This document shows positions 38,381 to 48,682 of a DNA stretch of 53,629 nucleotides, piece by piece. This DNA comes from an uncultured Bacilli bacterium. GTDB lineage: Bacteria > Bacillota_I > Bacilli_A > RF39 > UBA660. Position 1 is the first letter of the stretch. The number at the start of each line of letters is the position of its first letter. The stretch is from contig CASRZA010000002.1 of the NCBI GenBank assembly GCA_949439935.1, positions 1-53,629 of the forward strand. The letters run 5' to 3'. The notes below the pieces were generated by a model, which saw only the letters and a list, made by a program, of their open reading frames with translations, was not told where the DNA came from and made no database searches. A program made the position numbers and the translations under genes.

Positions 38381-41300
38381 ATGAAATTCATTACAGACAA
38401 ATTTGAATACAAACAAGACAGCAATGTATATGGGTTAACCCGAGAACTCGACGCCTTATATATTCAAAATTACTTTCAAAATAATGATGAAAACGTTCTC
38501 GTTCTAGCTAGCACATTATACGAAGCGAATAACTTTTATAAAATCTTACAGACATATAGTGACGATGTTCTGTTTTTTCCAATGGACGATTTTTTGACAT
38601 CTGTAGCCATAGCGGTATCTCCAGATCTTAAGATAAAACGCTTAGAAACGCTCGAAAAAATCAAAAACGCCAAGAAAAGCCACATCGTGGTCACTTCCCT
38701 GATGGGATACTTAAAATTCCTACCCAACAAAGACGAAGACCAAAGTATTTTGATCGACCCCTCCCCCCAAATTATTTCCCGGGAAATAATTTTAGAAAAA
38801 TTAGAAGAATTTGGATATAAAAGAGACTCACTTGTCACAGTGACAGGAGAATATGCAGTACGGGGATACATCATAGATATATTTCCCGTAGATGCCAACA
38901 AGCCGGTACGTATAGAATTTTTTGATGACGAAATAGAATCTATCAAAGAATTTGACGAGGAGACACAATTGACAATAAAAACTTTAGAAAGTGTCGAGTT
39001 GAAAAGATTCAACGAAAGCATCGCAGGAGATCCTAGTTCGTTATTAGACTATCTAGACAACCAAACGCTCTTCTTAATAGATGAAAACCAAATAAAAAAT
39101 TCATATACGACTCTTCAAAATGATATTTTTGAGTACAACACTAGCAAAAGCATCGATCCAAACACGAAATATATGTTTGACTACGAACATATGCTACCTA
39201 AAAAAACGTTCAAAATTGATACCATAAACGCTTATACAGACAAAAATTCCATAGTCTATAGTTCGAAAATCATCGAGAACTTCAATTCAAATCTTCAAGA
39301 CTTAAAAGCATTTTGTTTAAAGGAAGTAAAAACTAAAACGATCATATTTGCTCTAGAGAACTCTAATCAGATTCGAACTATCCAAGAACTTCTTCCTGAA
39401 ACTTATATGACAAATATAGATAGTCTGATAGAAAATAAAATTAACATTGTCGAGAAAAAATTATTCAAAGGGTTTATCTTTGAGAATTATATCATTATTA
39501 CACCTAACGATATCGACAAAACGGTGAAAAAAGAAATAAAGTATAGAAATTCTATCAAAATAGGAAGAAAAGTAAAGGCATTCAGCGACTTGACACCAGG
39601 CGATTATATAGTTCATGAGGCCCACGGAATAGGTATCTACAAAGGATTAAAGACACTTACAAACGGAGGGTATACTCGAGACTACATAGAGTTGGAGTAT
39701 CAAGGAACTGACAAAGTATATGTTCCAGTTGACGGCATTGACAAACTTTACAAATACGCTTCGAATCCTGGAACAACTATTAAGCTTAGTAAATTAAATA
39801 GTGCCGCATGGGCAAAAAAGAAGAACGAAACTCGAAGTAAAATTCGCGATATTTCGAGTGAATTGATAGAACTATACTCTAGTCGAAACAAAGTTCAAGG
39901 TGTAGCATACAAAGATTTCGAAGAAGAAATAAAATTCGCTCTCGATTTCCCTTACACTCTGACAGACGATCAAGAAAAAACGATAAAAGAAATAGATTTA
40001 GATTTAAAAAACTCAGCTCCGATGGATCGGCTTCTATGTGGCGACGTCGGTTATGGAAAAACAGAGGTAGCATTCCGTGCCATGTTTAAAACCGTCATGA
40101 ACGCTCATCAAGTCGCATATCTTTGTCCGACAACCATACTTTCGAAACAACAATATGCAAGTGCCCTAGAGAGATTTAAAGACTTTCCAATAAAAATAGC
40201 CCTACTAAATAGATATGTCTCACAAAAAAATGTAACTCGTATTCTAAAAGAATTAAAAGATGGTCAAATAGATATAATAATAGGAACTCACAAATTGCTA
40301 AACGACAAAATAGAGTATAAAAAACTAGGACTTCTTGTAATAGATGAAGAACAAAGATTTGGTGTAACTCATAAAGAAAAGATTAAGAAAATCAAAAATG
40401 ACGTAAACGTCTTGACTCTTTCTGCTACACCGATTCCAAGAACCTTAAAAATGGCGATGAGTGGCCTACGAAGCTTATCCGTATTAGATACGCCTCCAAT
40501 TAACAGATATCCGATACAAACCTATGTTATTGAGGAAAATAAACTCATCATGAGAGACGCGATCTACAAAGAGCTTACGAGAAACGGACAGATATTTATC
40601 TTAATTAACTCCATCAATGAACTAGAAAAGTTCAAAAGCAATCTACAAAAGCTTGTCCCAGAAGCCCGCATAGTCTGTGGACATGGACAAATGTCTTCAG
40701 ATGAACTTAGTAGCATTATGGAAGCCTTCATAAATGGAGATTACGATATATTAGTCTGTACTACGATAATCGAAACAGGTATCGATATACCGAACGTAAA
40801 CACTATAATAATCAAGGACTCGGACAAATTTGGACTAAGCCAACTATACCAAATAAGAGGCCGAGTAGGTCGAAGCGACAAGATCGCCTATGCATATTTA
40901 ATGTACAATCCTGCCAAAATTCTAACAGAAACAGCGATGCGAAGACTAGATTCGATCAAAGAATTCACAGAACTCGGAAGTGGATATAAAATTGCCATGA
41001 GAGATTTGGCAATCCGCGGAGCAGGAGATTTTCTTGGAAGCGAGCAAGCAGGCTTTATCGACGCAGTAGGACTCGATCTCTATACAAAAATGGTCGACGA
41101 AGAAGTAAAAAAATTATCCGGTAAAGCTATCGAAGATTCAGAAAAAACCGTTCCTTCGATAAACGCTAGTACCTACATCCCTGACGAATATGTCGAAGAT
41201 GAAAATATCAAAATTGAAATCCATAAACTTATTAATACCATCAACGACAAATATGACTTTGAAAACGTCAAGAATGAACTAGAAGATCGCTTCGGAAAAG

Positions 41301-41599
41301 TCGATGAGTCTCTAGAGATATACATGTTAAAAAAATGCGTCGAAGGCCTTTTGGAAAAAATAGGAATTAAGACAGTTCAACAACTTGGAAACAAAATTAC
41401 CGTTGTTCTACCACAACAGATATCTGACAAAATAGATGGAGAAAAGCTATTTCTTCAAAGCTACAATATCTGTCCCAAATTTGAAATAAGCTATAAAGAC
41501 AAGGAAATTAGAATATCCCTAATAACGTCACTCTTAAAAAAGAATTACATTTATTATATTTTTGAACTCTTAAATATAATTTACGAACAGATAAAATAA
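38381..41599 (+). CDS. mfd: Transcription-repair coupling factor
   Basis: CarD/RID-like region (GDYIVHEAHGIGIY) and SF2 helicase motifs (GDVGYGKTEVA, VIDEEQRFG, SATPIPRT, QLYQIRGRVGR). Confidence 0.93.
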   Translation: MKFITDKFEYKQDSNVYGLTRELDALYIQNYFQNNDENVLVLASTLYEANNFYKILQTYSDDVLFFPMDDFLTSVAIAVSPDLKIKRLETLEKIKNAKKSHIVVTSLMGYLKFLPNKDEDQSILIDPSPQIISREIILEKLEEFGYKRDSLVTVTGEYAVRGYIIDIFPVDANKPVRIEFFDDEIESIKEFDEETQLTIKTLESVELKRFNESIAGDPSSLLDYLDNQTLFLIDENQIKNSYTTLQNDIFEYNTSKSIDPNTKYMFDYEHMLPKKTFKIDTINAYTDKNSIVYSSKIIENFNSNLQDLKAFCLKEVKTKTIIFALENSNQIRTIQELLPETYMTNIDSLIENKINIVEKKLFKGFIFENYIIITPNDIDKTVKKEIKYRNSIKIGRKVKAFSDLTPGDYIVHEAHGIGIYKGLKTLTNGGYTRDYIELEYQGTDKVYVPVDGIDKLYKYASNPGTTIKLSKLNSAAWAKKKNETRSKIRDISSELIELYSSRNKVQGVAYKDFEEEIKFALDFPYTLTDDQEKTIKEIDLDLKNSAPMDRLLCGDVGYGKTEVAFRAMFKTVMNAHQVAYLCPTTILSKQQYASALERFKDFPIKIALLNRYVSQKNVTRILKELKDGQIDIIIGTHKLLNDKIEYKKLGLLVIDEEQRFGVTHKEKIKKIKNDVNVLTLSATPIPRTLKMAMSGLRSLSVLDTPPINRYPIQTYVIEENKLIMRDAIYKELTRNGQIFILINSINELEKFKSNLQKLVPEARIVCGHGQMSSDELSSIMEAFINGDYDILVCTTIIETGIDIPNVNTIIIKDSDKFGLSQLYQIRGRVGRSDKIAYAYLMYNPAKILTETAMRRLDSIKEFTELGSGYKIAMRDLAIRGAGDFLGSEQAGFIDAVGLDLYTKMVDEEVKKLSGKAIEDSEKTVPSINASTYIPDEYVEDENIKIEIHKLINTINDKYDFENVKNELEDRFGKVDESLEIYMLKKCVEGLLEKIGIKTVQQLGNKITVVLPQQISDKIDGEKLFLQSYNICPKFEISYKDKEIRISLITSLLKKNYIYYIFELLNIIYEQIK
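38773..38788. promoter_or_regulatory. Isolated Noc-binding site inside the mfd coding sequence
   Basis: TATTTCCCGGGAAATA at the centre of a 24-bp perfect palindrome (38769-38792). It encodes IISREII in the mfd frame. Confidence 0.65.
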
Positions 41600-41636
41600 A
41601 GTATAAATATTACAAATATTATTAAAATAATAATGG

Positions 41637-42161
41637 TTGGTGATAATTTTGACACAAAATAGTAACATACGAAGAATAGATGAATTAGGTAGAATAGTCA
41701 TACCGAAAGATATAAGAAAAAAATTACATATCAAAGACAACGAACCTCTCGAGATTTACATCGATAATGGCGACATAAGAATCAGAAAATATTCTTCACT
41801 TCCTGATATAATCGAGTATATAAGAAACCTTATAGATATAGGTAATAGAATAGCTGGTTATTCATATATTATTACAGACAGAGAGAAAATAATCGCTTCG
41901 ACAAACAAAGAATTTGAAACTATACCATTAGAAAAACCGTTAGAAGATTTGGTTCTCTCTTGCCATGAAGACAGAAACATAGCGATAGACTACAGAATAG
42001 CAAACATACCAGTAAAAGGATATGCAAATATTGTTCCAATAATAGTCGATAATGACCGTTCAGGACTCATAATAGAATACAACACATCTGGAGAAATACG
42101 AAATCAAGAAGTTATAAAAATTTTTAAAAACTTGATAGAAACTAGTCTGAACAATTATTGA
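41637..42161 (+). CDS. spoVT: Stage V sporulation protein T (AbrB-type N-domain + GAF-like domain)
   Basis: IRRIDELGRIVIPKDIRKKLHIKDNEPLEIY is the SpoVT/AbrB swapped-hairpin motif. The position after mfd is conserved. Start codon uncertain (TTG 41637, GTG 41640 or TTG 41649). Confidence 0.8.
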   Translation: MVIILTQNSNIRRIDELGRIVIPKDIRKKLHIKDNEPLEIYIDNGDIRIRKYSSLPDIIEYIRNLIDIGNRIAGYSYIITDREKIIASTNKEFETIPLEKPLEDLVLSCHEDRNIAIDYRIANIPVKGYANIVPIIVDNDRSGLIIEYNTSGEIRNQEVIKIFKNLIETSLNNY

Positions 42162-42186
42162 TTTATAAAAAAAATTGTGATATAGT
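42158..42186 (+). promoter_or_regulatory. Promoter of the metG T-box leader
   Basis: TTGATT (42158-42163), 17-bp spacer ending in TGa, then TATAGT (42181-42186). Confidence 0.55.
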
Positions 42187-42192
42187 AATGGC

Positions 42193-42395
42193 ATATTGAG
42201 CAGTGAAGAAAAGAGTATGCAATAGGATTTTATAGAGAGTCGACGGTTGGTGTAAGTCGATAATGAAATTTGCTGAACATGGTTTTGGAGCTCAAACGTC
42301 TAACTCGCGTTAAAAAGTTAAAAGTGCATGATAACATGAATTAAGGTGGTACCGCGGGTTAAAAACTCGTCCTTTAAATTCATGTTTTTTTATTT
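42193..42395 (+). promoter_or_regulatory. T-box riboswitch leader (methionine specifier)
   Basis: AGAGAG box (42234), candidate AUG specifier in GAACAUGG (about 42275), T-box sequence AAGGTGGTACCGCGGG (42343-42358), and terminator arms ACATGAATT / AAATTCATGT followed by T7. Confidence 0.75.
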
Positions 42396-42411
42396 AGAAA
42401 GAAGGATTTTT

Positions 42412-43938
42412 ATGGAAAAACATTTTTATATTACAACCCCGATTTATTATCCATCGGCGAATTTTCATATAGGGCATTGTTACAGCACGATAATCGCAGA
42501 TTCTATTGCAAGATACAAAAGACTAGATGGTTATGATACGTATTTTTTAACTGGCAGTGACGAACATGGTCAAAAAATCGAAAAAAAGTCAGCCGAAGCT
42601 GGAGTAGAACCAAAAGAGTATGTAGACAAGATCGTCGAAAATGCGAAAGATTTATGGAAGCGTCTAGGAATTACATATGATCGTTTCATCAGAACTACAG
42701 ACGAAGACCACGTAGAAACAGTCCAAAAAATATTTACAAAACTCTATGATAAAGGAGATATTTATAAAGGTGAATACAAAGGGCTCTATTGCACGCCATG
42801 TGAAGCGTTTTGGACCGAATCTCAACTCGTAGACGGTAAATGCCCTGACTGTGGTCGAGATGTGCAAGAAGTAAGTGAAGAAGCATACTTTTTAAAACTC
42901 TCGAAATATCAAAAACAGCTTGAGGAATACATCGAAAGTCACCCAGAATTCATTCAACCTGAAACTAGAAAAAATGAGATGATTAACAACTTCATAAAAC
43001 CAGGTTTAGAAGATTTATGTGTTTCACGTACCAGTTTTAAATGGGGAATCCCGGTGACATTCGATACTGACCACGTAGTATATGTTTGGCTCGATGCCTT
43101 GAGTAACTACATAACAGCACTTGGCTATGGTCAAGAAAACGACGAATTATTCAAAAAATTTTGGCCTGCTGATGTACACATAATCGGAAAAGAGATAGTC
43201 AGATTTCACACCATAATTTGGCCTATAATTTTAATGGCGTTAGATCTACCTTTGCCTAAGAAAGTGTTTGGTCATGGTTGGTTAATAATCGATGGAGCTA
43301 AGATATCCAAAAGTGTCGGCAATTACAAAGATCCACGCGAATATATAGATGCTTATGGAGTAGACGCAGTCAGATACTTTTCTTTAAGAGAAATTCCTTT
43401 TGGAAACGATGGAAACTTCTCAGAGGAAGCTCTCATTGCACGTATAAACAGCGATCTTGCAAACGTGTGGGGAAATCTCGTCAATAGAACTATCGGAATG
43501 GCTAACAAGTACTTCGAAGGAACAGTGACAAATCCTAAATCTGCAGAGAATATAGACATACCATTCATAGAACAAATCGACGATTTAAAAATACAAACTG
43601 ACAACAAAATCGACGAATTACAAATTTCTAAAGTTCTAGAAATGATATTCGATGTCCTGCGCAATAGTAACAAATACATCGATGATACCGCTCCTTGGGT
43701 TCTAGCTAAAGACGAAAGTAAAAAGGATAGACTAGAAACTGTTCTATACAATTTATTAGAAGCTATAAGAGTGACGAACATCTTGCTTAAACCGTTCATG
43801 CCAGAAAGTACTACTAAAGTAGAAGAATATCTTAACTGTGATAAGACAGCGTTTGAAGATGCTAAGTATAATGAAAACCTAACTTACAAAGTCACAGATT
43901 CTCCTAAGCCGCTTTTTGAGAGGATCCAAAAAGACTAA
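42412..43938 (+). CDS. metG: Methionine--tRNA ligase (short form)
   Basis: HIGH motif (ANFHIGH), zinc knuckles CTPCEAF...CPDCG, KMSKS motif (KISKS). ATG at 42412; the track start at 42346 lies inside the T-box leader. Confidence 0.95.
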   Translation: MEKHFYITTPIYYPSANFHIGHCYSTIIADSIARYKRLDGYDTYFLTGSDEHGQKIEKKSAEAGVEPKEYVDKIVENAKDLWKRLGITYDRFIRTTDEDHVETVQKIFTKLYDKGDIYKGEYKGLYCTPCEAFWTESQLVDGKCPDCGRDVQEVSEEAYFLKLSKYQKQLEEYIESHPEFIQPETRKNEMINNFIKPGLEDLCVSRTSFKWGIPVTFDTDHVVYVWLDALSNYITALGYGQENDELFKKFWPADVHIIGKEIVRFHTIIWPIILMALDLPLPKKVFGHGWLIIDGAKISKSVGNYKDPREYIDAYGVDAVRYFSLREIPFGNDGNFSEEALIARINSDLANVWGNLVNRTIGMANKYFEGTVTNPKSAENIDIPFIEQIDDLKIQTDNKIDELQISKVLEMIFDVLRNSNKYIDDTAPWVLAKDESKKDRLETVLYNLLEAIRVTNILLKPFMPESTTKVEEYLNCDKTAFEDAKYNENLTYKVTDSPKPLFERIQKD

Positions 43939-43943
43939 ATTAA

Positions 43944-43975
43944 AAATTGCAAGGTTAAATCTATGCAATTTTTTT
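43944..43975 (+). terminator. Intrinsic terminator after metG
   Basis: Stem AAATTGCA / TGCAATTT with a 12-nt loop, followed by a T-run. Confidence 0.5.
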
Positions 43976-44038
43976 AATTTATACTCGTAATAGACAAACT
44001 AAAAAAAATAATTTATAATAATTTTAAAAGAAAGGGAA

Positions 44039-44797
44039 ATGGAAAATAAAATGTTTACAGATACACATTGCCATATATCAAAAGAAGAATACGATGACAT
44101 AGACAATATTATAAAAAGGGCAACCGATAATGGAATTTACAAATTGATAAATAACGGTTGCAATCGGCAGACGAACGAGGAAGTTTTACAGCTCGCACAA
44201 ATATACTCTAATTTATACTGTGCGATAGGCATCCATCCAGATTCGGCAGGAGAATATACAAAGGAAGATCTAATATTTATAGAAGCTCATATAGACGAAG
44301 CTGTCGCAATAGGAGAAATAGGTTTAGACTACCACTACGAAGGATATGACCGAGAAAAACAAATAGAGCTTTTTGAGGCTCAATTAAAACTCGCCGAAAA
44401 ATATTCGAAACCTGTTATAATTCATTCTCGAGATGCAACCTTGGACACGATAACTATTTTAAAAAAATACCCAAACGTCAAAGGATCAATGCACTGTTTT
44501 TCTGGAAGTCTTGAAACTGCTAATATTTATTTAAAACTCGGATATAAATTGGGCTTCGGAGGAGTAACTACGTTCAAAAATTCTAAAATAAAGGATGTAC
44601 TAAAACAGATCCCTAACTCGGCAATACTCCTAGAAACAGATAGCCCTTATTTAACGCCTGAACCCATTCGAGGAACTAAAAACGAACCCCAAAACATACG
44701 CTATATAGCGGAATTCGTAAGCCAAGTAAAAAATATACCACTAGAAGAATTGTCGAAAATAACCGAAGAAAACGTACACAACCTTTTTGACATTTAA
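44039..44797 (+). CDS. tatD: TatD-family metal-dependent deoxyribonuclease
   Basis: DTHCHI, GEIGLDYHY, IHSRDA, ETDSPYL motifs. Confidence 0.9.
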   Translation: MENKMFTDTHCHISKEEYDDIDNIIKRATDNGIYKLINNGCNRQTNEEVLQLAQIYSNLYCAIGIHPDSAGEYTKEDLIFIEAHIDEAVAIGEIGLDYHYEGYDREKQIELFEAQLKLAEKYSKPVIIHSRDATLDTITILKKYPNVKGSMHCFSGSLETANIYLKLGYKLGFGGVTTFKNSKIKDVLKQIPNSAILLETDSPYLTPEPIRGTKNEPQNIRYIAEFVSQVKNIPLEELSKITEENVHNLFDI

Positions 44798-44837
44798 CCA
44801 TCGATATGATAAACTATTATCATGAGGAGTAGTTTAG

Positions 44838-45386
44838 ATGAAAAACATTAAGAAACTTTACAAAATTAGTTGCACATGCATACTATTAGGAACGATCCTC
44901 TGTTTCCAAAATAGTAGCATAACAAATGTCGCAACTACATCGAACACTAACTTAAATAAAAACTTAAATTTAAACGCTATGGCTAAAGTTATAGATAATT
45001 TCCGATACGAAGACTTAAACCAAGTATTAGATAGTTTTCATGGAACGCTGACAGGATATGTCGCGAATTGTCCTTTGTGCAGTGGCCGTTTAGGATGCAC
45101 TGGTCAAAATGTCTTAGACGGTACGACCACATATAATGATTCACAATACGGAAACGTTTCTATAGTCGCATCTTCTAAAAGTCTCCCATGCGGTTCGATC
45201 GTTCGCTTTAAAAACGACACAGTTTCAAATACTGGAGAAATAACGGCAATAGTCCTAGATAGAGGTGTAACCGGAACATCCCTAGATTTACTAGTCGATT
45301 CAAACGAAACTGCTTTGACCAAAATCGGAAGAAGATCTATAAATTACGACGTTTTGAGATTCGGTTGGAAAAGAGAGAGAACTTGA
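44838..45386 (+). CDS. Secreted 3D-domain (RlpA/MltA-like double-psi barrel) protein, YabE-like position
   Basis: Signal peptide. LTGYVANCPLCSG...IVASSKSLPCGSIVRF...IVLDRGVTGTSLDLL resembles a 3D domain. Follows tatD as yabE does in Bacillus. Confidence 0.6.
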   Translation: MKNIKKLYKISCTCILLGTILCFQNSSITNVATTSNTNLNKNLNLNAMAKVIDNFRYEDLNQVLDSFHGTLTGYVANCPLCSGRLGCTGQNVLDGTTTYNDSQYGNVSIVASSKSLPCGSIVRFKNDTVSNTGEITAIVLDRGVTGTSLDLLVDSNETALTKIGRRSINYDVLRFGWKRERT

Positions 45387-45433
45387 TGTTCTTTTTTTTC
45401 TTAATATATGATAATATGTTGTAGGTGAAAAAA

Positions 45434-46237
45434 ATGTCAAACTTCAAATTTAAAAAAAAATATGGACAAAACTTCTTGCAAGACGAAACAGTTACAGAAA
45501 GAATAGTCGCGTCGATTAATCCAGCGAAAGAAGATTTAATAATAGAGATAGGTCCAGGTGCTGGAGCACTCACTAAGAAACTTAAAAGATATGATTGCAA
45601 TGTCATAGCCTTTGAAATCGACAAAGAAGTACAAAAATACCTAGATCCATTATCTAATAAAAAGACGAAGATCATCTATGAAGACTTTTTGACGTCCGAC
45701 GTACAAAACAGATTAAAAGAAGTAGAATTTAAAGATCTATATATAATCGGTAATCTTCCATACTATATTACGACACCTATACTAGAAAAAATAATCGATT
45801 TAAATCTTAAACCTAAAGAAGTCGTCATAATGGTCCAAAAAGATGTTGCAGATCGTTTCCTAGCAAAACCTCAATCCCGCGAATACGGCTATATGACAGT
45901 CCTACTCAGCCTCCACTTTAATATTTCTAAAATAGTTGATGTCGACAAAAGAGCCTTTAAACCGATCCCAAAAGTAGACAGTACAGTAATCAAATTTACT
46001 CATAAAGAAACTCCAGATATCGACTATTCAAAATTCAAAGAATTTCTGAAAGATTGCTTTCGTTTCAAAAGAAAAACTCTAAACAATAATCTATATGACT
46101 ACAACCGAAAAGACTTAGAACCAATTCTGCATAGTCGAGAACATAGTCTAGCATCTAGAGCCGAAGAATTAAACCTAGAAACTTTCATCGAATTGTCACA
46201 AACGGCCTTAAAAATAAACGGAGGTAATCCTGAATGA
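45434..46237 (+). CDS. rsmA: 16S rRNA (adenine1518/1519-N6)-dimethyltransferase
   Basis: KKKYGQNFL, EIGPGAGALT, GNLPYYI motifs. ATG at 45434 follows AGGTGA. Confidence 0.92.
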   Translation: MSNFKFKKKYGQNFLQDETVTERIVASINPAKEDLIIEIGPGAGALTKKLKRYDCNVIAFEIDKEVQKYLDPLSNKKTKIIYEDFLTSDVQNRLKEVEFKDLYIIGNLPYYITTPILEKIIDLNLKPKEVVIMVQKDVADRFLAKPQSREYGYMTVLLSLHFNISKIVDVDKRAFKPIPKVDSTVIKFTHKETPDIDYSKFKEFLKDCFRFKRKTLNNNLYDYNRKDLEPILHSREHSLASRAEELNLETFIELSQTALKINGGNPE

Positions 46238-46866
46238 CAAAAGAACAAAAAACACTCTACGAAATGCTTCAAAAGAGAAATTCTAAATCAGACAGTGAGA
46301 TAGAAAAACTGTTACGATGGAACGATGAAATAGAGCATACAGAAGAAGTAGTTAATGGGCACTCTCTGCGAGTAGCGTACCTAAGCAAAGCCATCGCAGA
46401 TCGATTAAATTTGTCCGAAAGAAAAATAACATCGATCTATTTTGCAGCGCTATTTCACGATATAGGAAAATATTTTATTCCGAAAGAGATAATCGGAAAA
46501 AACGGAAGACTGACGAAGGAAGAATTCGAAATAATAAAAACACATTGCCAACTGGCAGAAGAAGTATTAACAGATGTTCTAGAAGACGACATAATAGAAA
46601 TCGTCAAACAACATCACGAACGTCTTGATGGAAGTGGCTACCCAAAAGGTATCTCAATAGAGAATATTGGAGCAAAGATATTAGGAATTGTAGATTCATA
46701 TGATGCTATGACCTCGCAAAGAGTATATAGTCATACGATGTCAAAAGAAGAAACTCTTAAAGAATTAAAATTGTGTACAAAATCTTTTGAAGAATATGGA
46801 AAAGGTAAATTGTATGATGCATACTTAGTAGATTTATTTAAGGAAATAGTACTTTCTGACCAATAA
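46234..46866 (+). CDS. Stand-alone HD-GYP domain protein (putative cyclic-dinucleotide phosphodiesterase)
   Basis: HD (ALFHDIGK) and HHERLDGSGYPKG motifs. No receiver or sensor domain. Confidence 0.8.
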   Translation: MTKEQKTLYEMLQKRNSKSDSEIEKLLRWNDEIEHTEEVVNGHSLRVAYLSKAIADRLNLSERKITSIYFAALFHDIGKYFIPKEIIGKNGRLTKEEFEIIKTHCQLAEEVLTDVLEDDIIEIVKQHHERLDGSGYPKGISIENIGAKILGIVDSYDAMTSQRVYSHTMSKEETLKELKLCTKSFEEYGKGKLYDAYLVDLFKEIVLSDQ

Positions 46867-46902
46867 ATCTTTTTTTATAAGTCATAAAGTTATGTAAAAT
46901 CG

Positions 46903-46931
46903 TTGACGATAAAAAAAAAATATGCTAGTAT
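46903..46931 (+). promoter_or_regulatory. Sigma-A-like promoter for the paralogous membrane-protein pair
   Basis: TTGACG (46903-46908), 17-bp spacer ending in TGc, then TAGTAT (46926-46931). Confidence 0.5.
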
Positions 46932-46954
46932 ATACGACCGAAAGGAAAGAAAAA

Positions 46955-47782
46955 ATGAATGCAGAATATATAAAAGTAAACGGTAGGACTTTCGTCACAT
47001 GTGATGACGATGCTATTAAAGAAGTTGAAACTACGCCTGATTTACCGTACAAACTAATATTAGAAAATATAAACGAAGCACTAATTGAAAAATTAATAAA
47101 TAAATATGCAATTGCTATTTCTACCAAAGAAGATTTAATAAAAAGCAAAAAAAATGATTTAAAATTTGCTCAAGGAGAAAGCAAAAAAAGTAATATATAT
47201 AAAATAATAGCAAGTGCGTTATTTTTGCTCGCATTCGGTGCAATTATAGGAGTATTTGGTATGTGGACAACGAGCCAAATAGATACCTTTAATTTAAAAG
47301 AAATAATAAGTGCCTATGCAAATGATTCAACAATATTTAATTTTCCTTTGGGATTATCGTCAGTGGCGGCTTTAGGCTCTGCAGTTTTCCTATTAAGAAA
47401 CTTCTGTTACAACAAAAAAAGAGCAGCTATCCTAGAAACAGAAATATCCTCATTAGAAGCAGATGTTACTGCACTCAACCGAGAAATGGAGTTATCAAAA
47501 AAATACGCCGAAACAAAAGAAACAACAAGTGTTGAATTCGAAGAGGAACATTCACTAAGAGAATTTAATGAATCACTGGACACAAGCCTAGCTTCAAGAT
47601 TTAGTAAAATTCAAAACTTACAGGATATCAAAGCATCTCTAGTAGAATTATTCAACGGATCAGAATTAGACTCAATGTTGATAACGGCAGGTATGAAGCC
47701 AGAAGAGATTCAACGAGTTAAAGAAACTATGGGAAAACGGCTTAACTTAATGCCACAACCTCAAACAGATAAGGAGGAATAA
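46955..47782 (+). CDS. Hypothetical two-TM coiled-coil protein, paralogue A
   Basis: ATG at 46955 (MNAEYIKVNG) follows AAAGGAAAG. Architecture is a soluble N-domain, two TM helices, a coiled coil (ILETEISSLEADVTALNRE) and a helical C-domain. Same architecture as the next ORF. Confidence 0.6.
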   Translation: MNAEYIKVNGRTFVTCDDDAIKEVETTPDLPYKLILENINEALIEKLINKYAIAISTKEDLIKSKKNDLKFAQGESKKSNIYKIIASALFLLAFGAIIGVFGMWTTSQIDTFNLKEIISAYANDSTIFNFPLGLSSVAALGSAVFLLRNFCYNKKRAAILETEISSLEADVTALNREMELSKKYAETKETTSVEFEEEHSLREFNESLDTSLASRFSKIQNLQDIKASLVELFNGSELDSMLITAGMKPEEIQRVKETMGKRLNLMPQPQTDKEE

Positions 47783-47783
47783 A

Positions 47784-48533
47784 ATGAATAAAGAATATTT
47801 AGAATCACAAAATTCACTATACGTGACGGACGAATCAGGTCCAAGAAAAATACCGAATAGCAAAAATGCAATAAAGATAGTAAAAGTTGATAATGAAATA
47901 GAACTTTTAACAACAGAATTAAACTGTAAGGAAACTTTACTAGAAAACTTAAGAAAAAATACATCGTCTACTTCGCTTATACTTTTGATAATAATGAACA
48001 TCATATACTTTCTAGTTATAGGTAACATACTAAATCACCTCAGTTCTTTGAACCCTATCGGATTACAAGAACTTATTAAAATAGGAAATCCATTAGAAAT
48101 TGCATTAATTTCTAGTTTATCAATCGGAGCTCCAATAATTACGATCATGAGATTTTTTAAAAACAAAAATCAAATAGGATTATTAGAAATTCAAATAAGC
48201 GACTTAAAAGCACAGATAGAAGCTAAAGAAAAGGAAAAAGAAGAACTTGAAAAAGAAGATGCCATCGAATATGTCATAACAAACAACCGATCAAGAACTC
48301 AAAGCCTCGCAAAATTTAACAGTGAAATAAGAACTAGCATGATAGAAAGATTAAAGTTAATTAGAAAATTATATAAAGACAAAAAAACTATATTAGCTCT
48401 ATACGAAAAAGGTGAATTGATGCCATATTTGACACGTCTATCTTATGATGAAGAAGAAGCTAAGGACATCTTAGACTTAGTCTCTAAAAGTTTCACAATG
48501 CAACCAAAGAATTCTAACGAAACGAATAATTAA
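47784..48533 (+). CDS. Hypothetical two-TM coiled-coil protein, paralogue B
   Basis: MNKEYLESQ... with two TM helices, a coiled coil (LLEIQISDLKAQIEAKEKE), and SLAKFNSEIRTSMIERL matching SLREFNESLDTSLASRF of paralogue A. Confidence 0.6.
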   Translation: MNKEYLESQNSLYVTDESGPRKIPNSKNAIKIVKVDNEIELLTTELNCKETLLENLRKNTSSTSLILLIIMNIIYFLVIGNILNHLSSLNPIGLQELIKIGNPLEIALISSLSIGAPIITIMRFFKNKNQIGLLEIQISDLKAQIEAKEKEKEELEKEDAIEYVITNNRSRTQSLAKFNSEIRTSMIERLKLIRKLYKDKKTILALYEKGELMPYLTRLSYDEEEAKDILDLVSKSFTMQPKNSNETNN

Positions 48534-48682
48534 CAGTCTCATCCGTCTGTTTTTTTATTTTCTTTAAATACGTCTTCATTTTTCGTAAAAAAGTTCAAGC
48601 TATTTATAATTTTATAAAAGTTCCCATATAATTTGACAGACAGCAAAAAATATGTCAAAATATGTATGGAGGTTAAAAAAAT

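Noticed and set aside
42346-42411. N-terminal extension of metG (MVPRVKNSSFKF...)
   Set aside because: It lies inside the T-box antiterminator and terminator. MEKHFYITTPIYY at 42412 is the conserved MetRS start.
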